Source: the human T2T-CHM13v2.0 reference genome, Homo sapiens. Taken from it: a stretch of DNA of 64,000 nt. This document shows positions 39,201-52,330 of this stretch, piece after piece. Position numbers and translations under genes: made by a program. The notes under the pieces are model-generated. The model was not told the origin of the DNA and did no database searches. It saw only the letters and a program-made list of their open reading frames with translations. Location: the NCBI RefSeq assembly GCF_009914755.1, contig NC_060928.1, one strand, 5' to 3'. How positions within the stretch are numbered: position 1 is the first letter of the stretch; each line of letters opens with the position of its first letter.

Positions 39201-41919
39201 TGATCTTCCTTGTTTGTCCTTACTGCAAACATTCCACACAAAGGTTTAAGTTCCTTTTCTTTTTTTAGACAAGCAGGCAAAGCCATTTACAGTCTCCAGA
39301 AGATGAAAGGTGAAATTTAATAGGACATTTCGGAAATTTACCTGTGCCTGGGCCAAGAAGGAAGACAAGGCAGGACTTTGAAACCCATGCTGTTGTAAAG
39401 TTGGATTTGAGTCAGCAAGCATAATGTCATTTTTCTGCATCTTCTTGTAGACAGCCCCCTAGGAGATTTCCAGGTGTAAAAACCCTGAAGCTTCTGTTCT
39501 GCACATTTCTACCAGACCAAGTTCATGTTCATGTATTACTTAATGTATTTCTTAGCTTACTTTAAACAAACATTTCATTTTCTCCTGTGTGCTGTGTATT
39601 ATTTTATCCAATCTAAGAAAGTGGAAAATACTCTATGTTGATACAAAAAAACAAGCTTCCAGTTCAGTTTCTTTCCATTACACCACCATACACAGATGAG
39701 GGTCTTTTCTACTGAACAAGATTTACTGAGTATGTCTCGATTTGAAGTACTAAAAAGAAAGGAAAATGTGTGTTAAACCAAAAAGAATTTAAGAAAAAGC
39801 AACCCTTAAAACCAACAAAGAAGACTATGCCACATTCTGGAGGGCATTAGCTTAAATCCTCTCTACTCAATGTTTGCCTTTAATCATATTTTGTCTAATG
39901 TGAGGATCTCTCCTCATGTGAAAGTTGTTAAGTACATACAAGGTAAAAATCAGCTCATGTTTTCTTATTCCTAATACTTTCCCATAGTACAATTTGCAGA
40001 CACACAAGGCCATGTTCAACATGAAGTATAGAATAATGGTTCCCTCCCCTCTGAGAAGAAAAAAATTACTTAAAAGAAGTGCTAATCAGAGAGGGGGAAA
40101 ACTTTAGTTTGATTGTTATCTATATGATTATTTTTATATAACATATTCTCCTCCCAAACATGCATACACACACACACCAACTAAATATTGAACATCCAAA
40201 AAATTTTTATGTGGACCCAGGAAAATAACAATTTAAAGACATAAGGGACAAAAGAAGTAGGGAAAATAATGTGCCAGATATTTATTAACATCCAGAGGAA
40301 ATTCTTCTACTAAATCTGTTCTGTCATTATGAACTGAGCAGATTATATTCTATGGCCTTCGGAAATATGGTTACCAGCTGGACTGCTAAGTAGTCTGCTG
40401 ACCATAAGTTAGATCTCAGGAGAATGACCAAGATATATAAAAAGCACACAGTAAAGAATTTTTAAATTTCCATTGTTGAAAAGACACAAAAATGAGTAAC
40501 TCAACCTTGCTTCACTATCACTTTCTAGAGAATAAATAACCCATGCAGTATTAGAACTTCTGCTTCTAGTCATGCTATATACACTATTTTCATCATATAA
40601 TGTATTTGGCTATTTGACTACCAATGTTCATTTTGCAGAAGGTGTTCTCCTATAGAAACCCTGGGTACTATATAAATAGGGTCTATTTCATTTAGGGTAT
40701 ATTACCAGACCTCTAAATGGATTACTCTGAATTGTACAGAATAAATTTATTCAGTATTAGCAATATAACAAGTAAAATATACTTGCATTTGTTTGATTTA
40801 CAAATATATGTCTGAATTAGGACCAAACTATTTTAAAAGTTGTTTTAAAACGTCATCTACTACATATTTGCGATAACCCAGGGACTCATTAACTTTTATA
40901 ATACCAAGAGCCAAGAAGAAATTATGAACGAATACTTTGGGAAAACAAAATCGGAGAATGATTAAGTCATTTAAAGAAGTAAAGTTCTTATTATTCATTA
41001 GAAGATTTAACATTAGATGCTGGTAATGACCTTTGTTTCCCCTTAGAACATTAATTATGTGTAACCTAAGCTCATAAGAAAATTACATTACTTAACTCAG
41101 ACATGAAGTTCTAGTGGCTTGTACCAGATATTTTTTATCCCTTGACACCTAGGAAAACACATTTAAAAGTCTTTTTTTAATAGCTAGTAGTCGCCAAAAT
41201 ATGAAGTGATTTGCATAAGGGAAGAAACCAGGTTTACTGCCTCCATGTGGTATTGGCAATTTCCATACTCAGGCACACAGTGTTCGATCATCTAACATTA
41301 ACCCTAATAGCCAAGCAGTGAACATTTATTTTATTCCATTGGGAATTATAGTAAGTCAGAATTTTGTGTATTACATTTTTAAATATATGTTCTAATTGAC
41401 GACCCTAAAATTCCTGTCTGCTTATTTCAACTGGAAGTGGCAAATTTTACCAATTATCTGGAGAAGAACTAAGTTACATCATTAAGGAGATTAAGTAAGG
41501 TGGGTACATTGTGAAAACTATCAACCAGTAAGGTACCCTGGTGTTTGTTGACTTAATTGGCCTTGTTTGCTGTAGAATAGTCTAGGGTTTCCCAGTTCCA
41601 CAGAAAGAGGATTAATTTCAAATTATGAATTGTTCCCATGGTTTGGAAATTTTTTATAGGAAAGCTAAAATGTGCAGATTGTGTGTCTTTCTGTCAAGTT
41701 AGAGAAGTGATAAGAGAAGTAGCAGAATTTATAAACATGGGCCTAAGAGAGATATATCTAGCATAAGTTGCTTAAACCAATGCACTTGCATCTCTTCACA
41801 TGAAATAAAATTCTAACCCTAAAATAGCAAGTCAAAAGATGTATTTCTCTGTGGAAGGAATTGCAACTTTCAAGGTCGGTAACTGGGTAAGAAAGTTTGG
41901 GAAAATGTATGTTTGAGAT

Positions 41920-42110
41920 TACTCATTACAGCACTGATTTTTTACAGCAAAAGTTTGGGTATACTAAAAATATCCATCCATGGAGGCTGGTTAGATAACT
42001 CTGGTATATCCATCTTACGGCTATAAAAAAGACTGAAAAGCTCTCTACATATTAGCATGGAAAACACTTCAGAATTCTATTTAGTAAGAGCAAATAAAGA
42101 ATGTATTCAT
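41920..42110 (+). mobile_element. L1ME-like 3' fragment
   Basis: atatccatccatggaggctggttagataactctggtatatccat..gctataaaaaag. Confidence 0.55.
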
Positions 42111-43089
42111 GAGATATATACTACATAGAACATATGTAACTAAAATATATACTTTACATACACTCACATATTTGTTAAGCAGTTATAGGGGTTAATTTTT
42201 GTCATATACTGATTTGTCATTCAAAATTATAATACATGGTTTTTCATTTTAAATTTATATAGTGAATTACATCCCTAAATTTTCAAAAATTGAAAATTAT
42301 TTCATTATTGAAATAAACTACTTTTTGTTGAGATTTATAGTATTGCGAATTAGGGTTTAATTACTAATATAATGGTGTAACACTCAGGTGAGTAATACAT
42401 ATGTTATTTATTTTCTTTAAATCTATTTAATTTTTACTCCCTGTCCTCATCCCAAGTTCCCCCTATCACCTCCCCTAAGTAGATTAAAGGGCTCGAAGAT
42501 TTACAGAGGACCAAGTCTTTGAGGGGGAGGGTGGTTAAGTACCAGTTATCACACTGTCCTGTATGCTCCTGCCATGCCTGGCAGTGGTTCTGCTCCTCCT
42601 CTGCCATGTTTAATGTGTAGAACAATGACAAGACCAGATACTATGCAGGTGTCCCTCAGGGCCAGGAACAGGTGCAGGTCTCTGCTGTTCACAGAGCCCA
42701 CAGAGCTCCACTTCCCTCTCCCAAGCCTCAGCCTCCCCTTAACAATAGAGTCTATGAGAAAGCCTGTCACATCCATGTCTCTCAGATGCCCTCTCCTCCA
42801 CCTCCAAGACACATCTCCTAACATATCTCCTCAACGGGCTCCAGCTTTTAGAGACCAGACCCAGAAAGAAAGTGTCTTGCAGGCAACTTTGACTTTCCTT
42901 ATTGCCACAAATTTCTCCAGAGGCAAAGTAGTATAGCACTCAGTACCTGCTCTATGGCAAAGGGGAAAATGAAGAAGAAAAACAAATTGAAAGTAAAAAT
43001 TTAAAAATCCAATAAAATCAAATATTTGAAGTCTTCAGTCACAGTAATGTATTGGTATAGATGTTCATAAGGGAGACTCATCTAGAGTT

Positions 43090-43480
43090 TCCTTAAATGT
43101 ACCATCTTTGTATAGTCTGGGTAGCATTGCTATAACAGCTTTTAAAAAAAATTTAGAAGCATCCCTACTATCTCTGGACTTAGTAATTTAAATAGAACTG
43201 GAATTACAAATTCCTTGAAAATATGCTAAAATGCACCTGTTAAACTATCTGAGCTAAACGAAGTTGTTTTTGAAAATGTTTCAATTTATTCTATAATAAA
43301 TGGTCTACTTAACTGTTCTATCTCTTTCTGAACAATGTTGGTAATTCATATTTTCAAAAAAACTTATTCATTTGTTGCAGATATTTAAATATACTGAAGA
43401 AGTCTAAGTTATTACCTTAAAATTATTTTAATTTTCTTTTTATCTGTAGTCATTCCTCTTTTCTAATTTTGTAGGTTTGT
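43090..43480 (-). mobile_element. Old L1M ORF2 fragment
   Basis: actggaatt..ttccttgaa..cacctgttaaactatctg..tggtctact..ttggtaattcatatttt. Confidence 0.5.
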
Positions 43481-44136
43481 GCAAAATATTTTTAAACAAA
43501 GAAAAATGACAAATTATTAAATAGAACAATATATAGATTTGAGAAAAAGAAAAGTAATAAACACAGAGAAAAGTAGAGAGAAGAACCAAAGTCTGGGCTC
43601 CCTCGCATGCCTTCTAAGTTGACAAATGACATGATACTGGTTTTCCTTTGTACATCTATTTAGATTCAAGTTATTCTGAGTCCCACTGAGAGATTTGTCA
43701 GTTGTGTGCTTAGAAGGGCTCACAGCTTAATATGTATAAAATGCTGTCTAATGATCTGTTGAGAAATTTTTCCGTGCTTTCTTTCTCTCCCTCTCTCTCT
43801 CCCTCCCCCATTTATATATTTACTAATAAAGGTAGTTTCGCACTAACTTTTCTGCATTCTTATTAGTTTATACTTCTCATTAAAACAGTAGACTTGGATT
43901 ACATTACTTCTAACCACGATTTTACCAATAAAATTGTAAGATTCTGATTCTTTTCTTTCCAATGATACCTAATCATAAAACAGCAAAGCTAGAGTTAAAA
44001 GAAAAGGGCTTTGAAGAGAGCAGCTTCTCTGCAAGTATTCACTGAATTGAGTAGAAGAGAGCTTCATTTTGTTTTTCTTTTGCCAGGTTGTATAAATAAT
44101 AGGCTTAGGCCAAGTACTTTAATCTTTAATCTAGAC

Positions 44137-44311
44137 CAGAGGTTCTAAACCTTGGCTAAATATTAGAATCACCTGGGAACTTTAAAACCCTTGCTCCTTA
44201 GGCCACTTCTCAGACCAATTAAATTCCAATCTCAGAGGTTGAGCCCCAGGCAGTAGTGGGTTGTTTTATTTTTTAAAGCTCCCCAATGGGCAGTCAAAGC
44301 TGAGAACACTG
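44137..44311. mobile_element. MER5A1/B hAT MITE
   Basis: cagaggttctaaaccttggc..attagaatcacctggg..aaagctcccc..tgagaacactg. Confidence 0.8.
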
Positions 44312-45383
44312 ATACAAGTTATCTGATATACAAGCCATGAAATATGAGAAAGTTGACTCAACTGAACTGTATTTATCAATTTTATATATCAAACAGAATA
44401 ACTATTAATCTTTCAGTGGGGCCCTTCACTGAGTTAGGTGAGTCAAAAATTCAGAATAATTTAGAATAAAATAAATGTTCTATAAAGATCTCCAAGTATA
44501 GGGATAAACAAGCAAATTTTCCATTTTCCTGTACATAATATGAAATAGCTCCCTTTCACAGGATATATTTTAGTGGACAATACATAGAACTGATCATAGT
44601 AAAGTTATAGAAATCATAAAGAACTTCCAGTCTTTCTTTCTTCTAGCCTTTCTCCAAATCAACCCTGAATGCCACCTTTCCACCCCACTCTGCCCCAACC
44701 CCATTCCCTAACACGACCCTCTATAAGAGAACAGGCAGAATTCTGAATTGTTTTGTTTTTACTCTGTATCTTATTCACACTGCGTGTTACCTAAACTGCA
44801 TTTCGGGCTTTTATTTTTAAATGTGTAACTATACACTCCCTCCCAGCACACTCACAAGTGGAGTCTGGATAAGCATGAGGATGTCTGGAAGGTTGTCATG
44901 GTGAGACTCAGTCTAGGCCTCCAGCCAGGCCTCAAGTCAAGCCTGCTCTAATGGGTTTGGGGAACTTCCTGGAGAAGCAAGGGACTAAGTGAGGGTCTGA
45001 GCTGTCCCAGAGCTGCGTGGGACTGGCTGCAGTTGGCTGCTGTTGGCTGCTTCCAAGGGTTCTACATCAGCTGGGGAAGAAGAGCTGGGTTTAGGCTTCT
45101 CTTGAAACCTTCCCAAGAACACTCTCCTAATGGCAATCATATCATTCCAAGGCAAACCAGGGTTAAAGTTTGAGAGCTATGGAAAAAGACACAAAGGAAG
45201 TCTCAACTCAAGGCCATGAATAGAGAGAAACAGAGTCTCAGAGACCCTCCAGGTTAAGTTAGGTGCTATGTAAGGTGAAATATTTACCCTGGACTGAGGG
45301 CCTTACATACCAAGTTTAAAACTTCCTGTGGCTCTGGGTGGCAAATATTCCAATTTTCATTTTGAAGATGAGTACATGAACCC

Positions 45384-45780
45384 TGTCTTAGTCTGCTTGT
45401 GCTGCTATAACAAAGTCTGAGACTGGGTAGCTTATAAAGAACAGAAACTTACTTGTGACAGTTCTGGAGGCTGAGAAGTCCAAGATCAAGGTGCTGGCAG
45501 GTTCATTTGTCTAGTGAAAGCTGCTTTCCACTTCGTAAGATGGTGTCTTAATGCTGAATCTTCCAGAGAAGGGAGAAATGTTGTGCCCTTACACAACAGA
45601 AGATAGAGGGCAAGCTAGGTGCTTCTTCAAAGGCTGCTTGAAGTGCCTTTTATAGGAGCCTTAATTCCATCAATGAGGGAGCAGCTCTCATGGCTTAATC
45701 ACCTCTTAAAGGCCTTAATGCTTAACACTACCACATTGGCAACACCTGAATTTTGGAGGGGACATATTTAAACCATAGCA
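45384..45780 (-). mobile_element. MSTC/MLT1A-like solo LTR inserted in a MIR
   Basis: tgtcttagtctg..gctataacaaa..gaagtccaagatcaaggtgc..aaaccatagca; TSD aaccc/gaccc; the MIR core continues at 45786. Confidence 0.88.
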
Positions 45781-48241
45781 GACCCTCAGAAAGGTCAAGT
45801 GACTCACCCAAGGTCATACAGTTTATACTTGTTCATGTCACTTTGCATACATCCTGAAATAGCATTAAGCATAATTCTAAATTTCATCATAAATATCTAA
45901 GTCATGGCCCAAACTGATCTTTTTAAAATGTAGTACGTAACAACTAAGTTCCACTCTACTCCTTTCATTCACTTCAAGTTAAAATCATGTTAGGGTACCC
46001 CTCTAGGAAAGACTAGAAAATACAGTGTACTTATTTCTACTTTCTAATGTGAAATATTTTTTTAAAGCAATAGAGATTTAAAGATGAATCAATGCAAATA
46101 GTGGAGAAAGGGTGGTTATTGGTTATTGGTTATTGAATTTATGTTTACAGCCTAAATAAAACTTGATCGTTTTTTGCTCTGGTGCATGCAATTGTTCTCT
46201 AATCTCCTAAACTCATCAAAGGGCTTCTCTCTTAAGGTGTAACTAATTATTTTCAGATTTGCATATTAAATTCTAAATAATAAAGCCATAAAGCTCAGAA
46301 ACATAGACTATGGCCTGAGATACCCCAGGTGGATGGAGTCTCAAAAAGTGATACTGTGATTTAATTTGAACAGTAATGTATCAAGTGGGCATCAGATTTT
46401 TATCATTATGCTTTATAAACTTATTTACCAGGCATATGCTATAAAGTATACATTACTGTATACCTGGGAAGACAAGAAATACATAGGAACATGTTATTTG
46501 TCCGAAATAATTTGAGGGGAAAAAATGTGCATACATGGCATTCCTGACAAGGCTATTTTGACACAGCTGTGCACTGATGCAGCTATTTCATGGAGGGGAT
46601 TTTTAAACACAGCCCAAAAAAAAAACTGTTAAACTTTCAGCTGTTTCTGTTAACAAGTAATGTGTGAAACAGATATAGTGTTCCCATTCTAAAACCTTTT
46701 CACAACATTGAACCTCACCCAGTTGTAGATCCCCACCCCCTGGGGTAGCAAGTGAGGATTAAGTGGTGGTCTGGAATGAAGTGGGGTCAGGGATGGGTTG
46801 AGGATGAGGGATGGAGTGAGGTTAGGCATCACCTGGCAGACAAACTATATGTGACCAGAAGTTATATGTTTACCACACTTACTTGTCTCAGAGAAGGCCA
46901 TATATCATTCTTAGCAGAGTGCCTGTTCAGTCTCTGAGAATTCACTTATATTTTAGAGTCTGCTAAATTTACAATGGGCATACTCCTTTACATTTATGAA
47001 TAAACAGAACTGTCTGTGTAAAGAAGCCACTTCATCTGTTTTACATTTGAACATCTAGGAAACTCAATCATGGATACCTCTGCGTCTAGAGGTTTCCTAA
47101 TTATGCAAACTTGATTTGATTGGCTGTATATGGCACACCAGGTTGGGGAGGATATTTGAACAATAATATGACTCCCACACAGAAAATTTTCAACCTGTTT
47201 TCTAACAGTTCTCTCAATTCTCAAGCACACTTTTCCTCTATTTACAAAAGTAATGTATACTTAAGGAATTTCCAAGATTAGAAAAAATAAAAGAATGGGG
47301 AAGGAATAGTCAGAGATATATGTTGTACTTATTACATTGTAACAAATTTAATGTAACCTTTATATTACATTATAAAGATAATCACTCATTACAGTGTAAC
47401 AAGTAAAATATGACCATCTAATCTTTTAATTCAGAAATGTTACTACCACCACTTCAATGGGAATGAGTCTAAAGAGCTGTTTGAAACCCACTATTTTAGA
47501 TAGACATGTCTAACTTGGAGAAATACCTACATATGGTCACACCTGAGATTTTCCTCTCTAAAATAGTGAAGAAATATCTGTCTTATACATCTTTTTGCAC
47601 TTTTTATGTGATTTCTTACTGATGTCTCCAATGGAATTGAATTAATAAATTATGACCTTGTTCCAAGAAAAGCTCTGATAATAGACTTTAGCTATCTTAT
47701 TAGAAAGTAATACATATAAGTTGTCCATTATGTTATAAAATGAACTATTTACTTAATTACCTTGTTTAATAGTACTAATTTAACATGTTTTCCCATCTGG
47801 TTAATTGCCTAATGAAAAAATTCTTGGTGGACTAGTGGTTTCCTAGTTATCATTTAGAACAGCAAAATCTATCCTTCAGCTACTGTGGAGGCCAGTCTGT
47901 GTATCTTTTATATAGTGTGGAAACTCTTCTGAATGACAGATTGGTGCTTTCCCTTTGGGGATTTCTTTGTGTATCATCTGGCTTCAATTTCTTCATGGGC
48001 TTTGTGCCTTGGTGAATGTGTATGTATGTGCTTATGCTTACATAAAACAACGTAATTAACCTAAACATATCACTGTGGACTCAAATATGTATGAATGTAC
48101 ATCCCCTTTATTTCAAAGTATGACTCTTACGTTAAAAGACATACACATAGGAAGAGGATGAAATTGAAATCTGAACAGACAATGTACAAAGTTATAAAAT
48201 CAGGATTAAGCTTATAAATTTCATTACAATTAAATTATAAA

Positions 48242-48334
48242 ACATCATGGATTATATAGTCCTATTAATGAACCTATGCTTTCTTAATGACAAGAACAGG
48301 TTTCCATGTGTTAATCACACCATACATCTGAAAT
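48242..48334 (+). repeat. Dispersed direct repeat, copy 1 of 2 (~92 bp)
   Basis: Aligns to 51466-51557 with 11 substitutions and 1 indel (manual count). Confidence 0.93.
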
Positions 48335-48499
48335 TTATTGGCTTCTTTTGGAATAAATTTAATGTATTAGTTCTAAAGTAGCCACTGCAAAACTAACAAA
48401 ACGAAAATTAGAAACCAGGAGTGAGCCTAGTTTGTATAAAATTAGTAAAAAGCATTGTCATTCCACATGGAGCTGCTTAACTCATAAATGTATTACTTT

Positions 48500-49130
48500 A
48501 TTAAAGATCTATGAACACTTATTAAATGCCACTATTGTTCTACTCTTTAGAGATACAGCAGTGTACAAGATGGACCAAGTCCATGCCCTAGAGAAGCTTA
48601 TAGTCTAGCAAGGTAGATAAACAAAATTGGTAAATAAATAATTACATAATTTCAGAGCATGATCATTTTTAAAGAAAAATAAAGCAGAACAAGGGATTTC
48701 AGAATGACTCTGGGATAGAGAGTAGAGTAACAATATTTGAGCAGCGACCTAAATGACATGAGGGAGTTAGACTTGCAGATGTATAAGGGAAAAGTGTATC
48801 AGATGGAGGGGAAAGCAAACACAGAGGATTTAAGGGAGGAGAGGCATGGTGTGGTCAAGAATCAGCAAGGTCAGTGTGGTTGCAGGAGGAGAGTGGGAGA
48901 AGGAGAGAGGTAAACAATACAGGAGAATTGGGCAAGAACTGGATGGTGACCTTTCAGAACAGGGAGGAAAAACAACAAAGGAGATAAGAGTCAGCAGGTT
49001 AGGAGAGTGTAGCACCATGGAAGCCAAGAGAAAAAAGAGTTTCCAGAAAGAAGTGATGTAGTGTGTTTAATGATGCTGAGAACCTAGTAAAACACGGACA
49101 GAAAATTAACCATAGGATGTGCACACTGGA
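48500..49130 (-). mobile_element. L2 3' region
   Basis: gatacagcagtgtacaagatgg..ccatgccct..gaagcttatagtctag..atttgagcagcgacctaaatga. Confidence 0.75.
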
Positions 49131-49337
49131 GTTCTTTCAACAGAGGGGAGGGGTCCTTTCCAAGAGTTTTTCTTAAATAGGAAATAGAGAAATGGGGTAT
49201 CAGCTTCAAGGAAAGATGAGATCAAGAGGGGTGTTTTTCTAAAATGAGAGACGTCATGATGCATGGACAATGCAAGGTCAACAATAACAAAGATAAATCT
49301 TGTACCATTTATTATACTGCATTAATGTGTACATATC

Positions 49338-49384
49338 ACACACACACACACACACACAAACACACACATGCACTCACACACGCA
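49338..49384. repeat. Imperfect (CA)n
   Basis: Directly visible. Confidence 0.9.
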
Positions 49385-49774
49385 TATTCAATTTCCCAAA
49401 TATCGACTTGTTTAATAATGCTAGTTCAGCTCTTCAACTTTCTATCCATCTTTTTTCTTTACCCTATACCCTAACCTATAGCATTAATTGCTTCCCTAGA
49501 ATACTGTATTAACCACATAAATTATTATAGAAATTATCAAAATACATATCTTGTGGAGAAACTTCAAAATAAGGTAAAAATTATCATTTCAGTCACAAAT
49601 TGTACATGATTGACTGCTTTTATAATTTGAGATTCTATCAGACTATAACTGATTTTAATATAACTTTTTTACTCTGAGCACTGTTTTGGAGGAGGGGTGT
49701 GTGTGTGTGTACAAATATATACAAACCAATTTGAAGCACATTGGCAGAATATATAAATCAGCACATATATAAAG

Positions 49775-50030
49775 ACAAGTGGCTTTGTGGAAAGAGTACA
49801 GGCATGAAACCGGAGACAACTAGGATGGCATCCCAGCTCTGCCAGTTACTAGCGTGTTACCTTGGGCTCCCAGCACCTCAATCCCATCATTTGTGAATAG
49901 AGGTAATAATGAGGTAATAATGACCTCGGGAAGTAATAATGACCAGCTCATAGAGATGATATAAGAATCAAATGAGTAAAAAATATAGGTAGAGTACCTG
50001 GCATATATTCCATGTGCTTAATAAACAGTA
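49775..50030 (+). mobile_element. MIR
   Basis: gtggaaagagtacagg..tcccagctctgccagttactagcgtgttaccttggg..gtacctggcata..gcttaataaa. Confidence 0.75.
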
Positions 50031-50350
50031 CCCTGATTTCTATTATTAATTAAGTTCACTTTGATATTATATTACTATAGTTTTTCCACTCTCTGTCAAT
50101 ATCCTTCATTGAATAGAAACACAATGCTATATAATAAGGCATTCAATCATTAGGAATTCATTTCTTGCAATCAGTTGGTACTGACAAACCATGAGAAAGC
50201 TATTATCTCTTGAGTGATAACTAATCACTCTTTCAGAAAGAAGGCAGAAAAATGATATGCACATTCGACTTTCTACCAAAATGAAAATCTGTTTGGGAAA
50301 TAACTGGGTAGGAAATGTATCCTTGTAAATGACTTGAAAGGCAACAGAGC

Positions 50351-50570
50351 AGTGCTTTTTAAAGTGTGGTTACCAGACCTAGGCATTCCTCCAGAGTGTC
50401 CCAAAGGCTGGAATGGGGGTAGGGCATCAAGAAATGATGTTTGGCAGTGGATGGGGTTCACTGATTCCATCAGAACACCTCCACTCTCGTCTGTGTATAC
50501 ACTGGACCTAAATTAGATTTCACTTGAAGAAAAGGCTCCAAACCTAAAAGAACATTTGAAATTCTTACCC
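50351..50570. mobile_element. Probable hAT-Charlie MITE (family uncertain)
   Basis: Starts with TIR-like cagtgctttttaaagtgtgg and ends near atttgaaattctt. Confidence 0.4.
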
Positions 50571-51465
50571 TAAATGAAGAGTTAGAGGCTATGGTGATTC
50601 TCATTACTCACTCACTCAAGGGCTTTTCACTGTAATTCTGTGTCAACAACCATGATTTAAATAATCACTGAAACCAGACCAAAAATTAGATTACAAATAC
50701 AATACACAGTCCAAGTTAGAAGTGAGGCTTAAAATCAAATAAGTGGCACTAAGGAGAGAGTTGATAGATATCTCAAAGTGTTTATTCATGAAACACCACA
50801 CCATTGAAGATACAAGTAAAAACTTGCTTAGCTTCTTTTCTTGCCTACCATCCTATACAGTAATCGGATTTTCTTCCCTTCAATAATCCCCAATGTAATG
50901 CTAAAATGAAAAATTAACTCAAAATTTCCTCTTTTCAAAGGCCTGTAATTCATCTGACCCCTGAGGGAGAAATTCTCACACACTTTCTCTGGGTGAGGGC
51001 CATATGATTCCCATTGTTTTTAATATAAATCACACTTCTCAAATCCTACAAAAGGCTTTAGCAATTTAGGTATTCACATTTTCATAGCCAAAACTGTTGC
51101 TTTTTAATTTCCTCTGGGTGTTTCTTTCTCCATTAAAACTATTGTAAGGTATTTATGGTGTGAATCCATGAACGAAACACCCAATAGAGCTTTCCGTTCC
51201 TTCTCCCACTGTGTCTGTGCAGCATGCTATAGTTACCTCACTCTAAGACTCTTTCACTTACAATAGGAAATATGTACAAGCCAGTTCATGTATGATAGAC
51301 ATAGTCCTATAATCATGGAGGATTATGAACTCATGTGGTTTATTACATCTAAAACTTTCCAAATATAAAGATTCTTTTAACTTCAAAAATATCTATGCAT
51401 TTCCACTTAAAAGTAACTGTAATTTTGGTATTTGAACACTGAGAAAAATATATAGTGACAAGAAT

Positions 51466-51557
51466 ACATCATGGATTAATAGTCCTATTAATGAAGCTAC
51501 ATTTTCTTAATTACAAGAATAGATTTCTGTGTGTTAATCAAACCATACATCTAAAAT
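51466..51557 (+). repeat. Dispersed direct repeat, copy 2 of 2
   Basis: Aligns to 48242-48334. Confidence 0.93.
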
Positions 51558-51684
51558 AGTACATATACATGTGACATAGATTATACTTTCTGTCTACAAC
51601 AATGCTTAGCATAACCGTAGATGTGTAGAGCCTTCTTACTAATTCTGAGTCCTCAGAAATCTCCATACTACATGTCACAAACTA

Positions 51685-52330
51685 CTGGTAGAGGAGAAAG
51701 TACATGGTCTCTAGAGTCAGAAAAACCTGGTTTAAATCACAGGTTAAATCTCTTACCAGCTATATGAACTTAACCCATCTGACTCCTAGTTTCCCAATCT
51801 AACAATTCTAATTTTAGGATAGAGGTTGTGTACATTAAAATATATATAGCACTTGATTTGCAATAGTAATAATGGTTAATAAAGATTGTGTGTTTACTGT
51901 GTGTTATATACTGGGCTACATGCTTTAGACCATTTGCATATCTGTACATTTTAAGACATAAGCTTGTAAACAACAATCCCATGACGTATACTGTGGTGGT
52001 CAGTAGAATACACATCAGAGTCCAAGCACCTGGGTCCAAATCCAGGCTCTGAACTCTAATACCCACTAGCAGCATGACCAGGTACAAGTTATTTAACTTC
52101 TCCAACATTTTTCTTTTTCATCTGTAAATGGGAAAAATAATAATCTTTATCTTATGTTAATAACATTTGGCAAGTGCTTAACACAGTGCCTTGAACACAG
52201 AATATATAAATATTAGATAATATTATAATTTTAAAGGTAAAGCAACTGGTTTCAGTAAATTAACTTGCCCAAGGTCACATCATTGCTAAAAAGCAGAGCT
52301 AGGGCTCTAATCCAGACCTATCTCTCTAAT
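51685..52330. mobile_element. Cluster of MIR fragments in alternating orientation
   Basis: + cores at ~51690-51850 and ~51990-52210; - cores at ~51880-51980 and ~52230-52330 (taacttgcccaaggtcacat). Confidence 0.7.

Noticed and set aside
40667-40680. TATA-box-like ctatataaatagg
   Set aside because: Expected by chance in AT-rich DNA; no other promoter evidence
42385-42393. Perfect splice donor CAG|gtgagt
   Set aside because: No convincing upstream acceptor or open exon; isolated donors occur by chance
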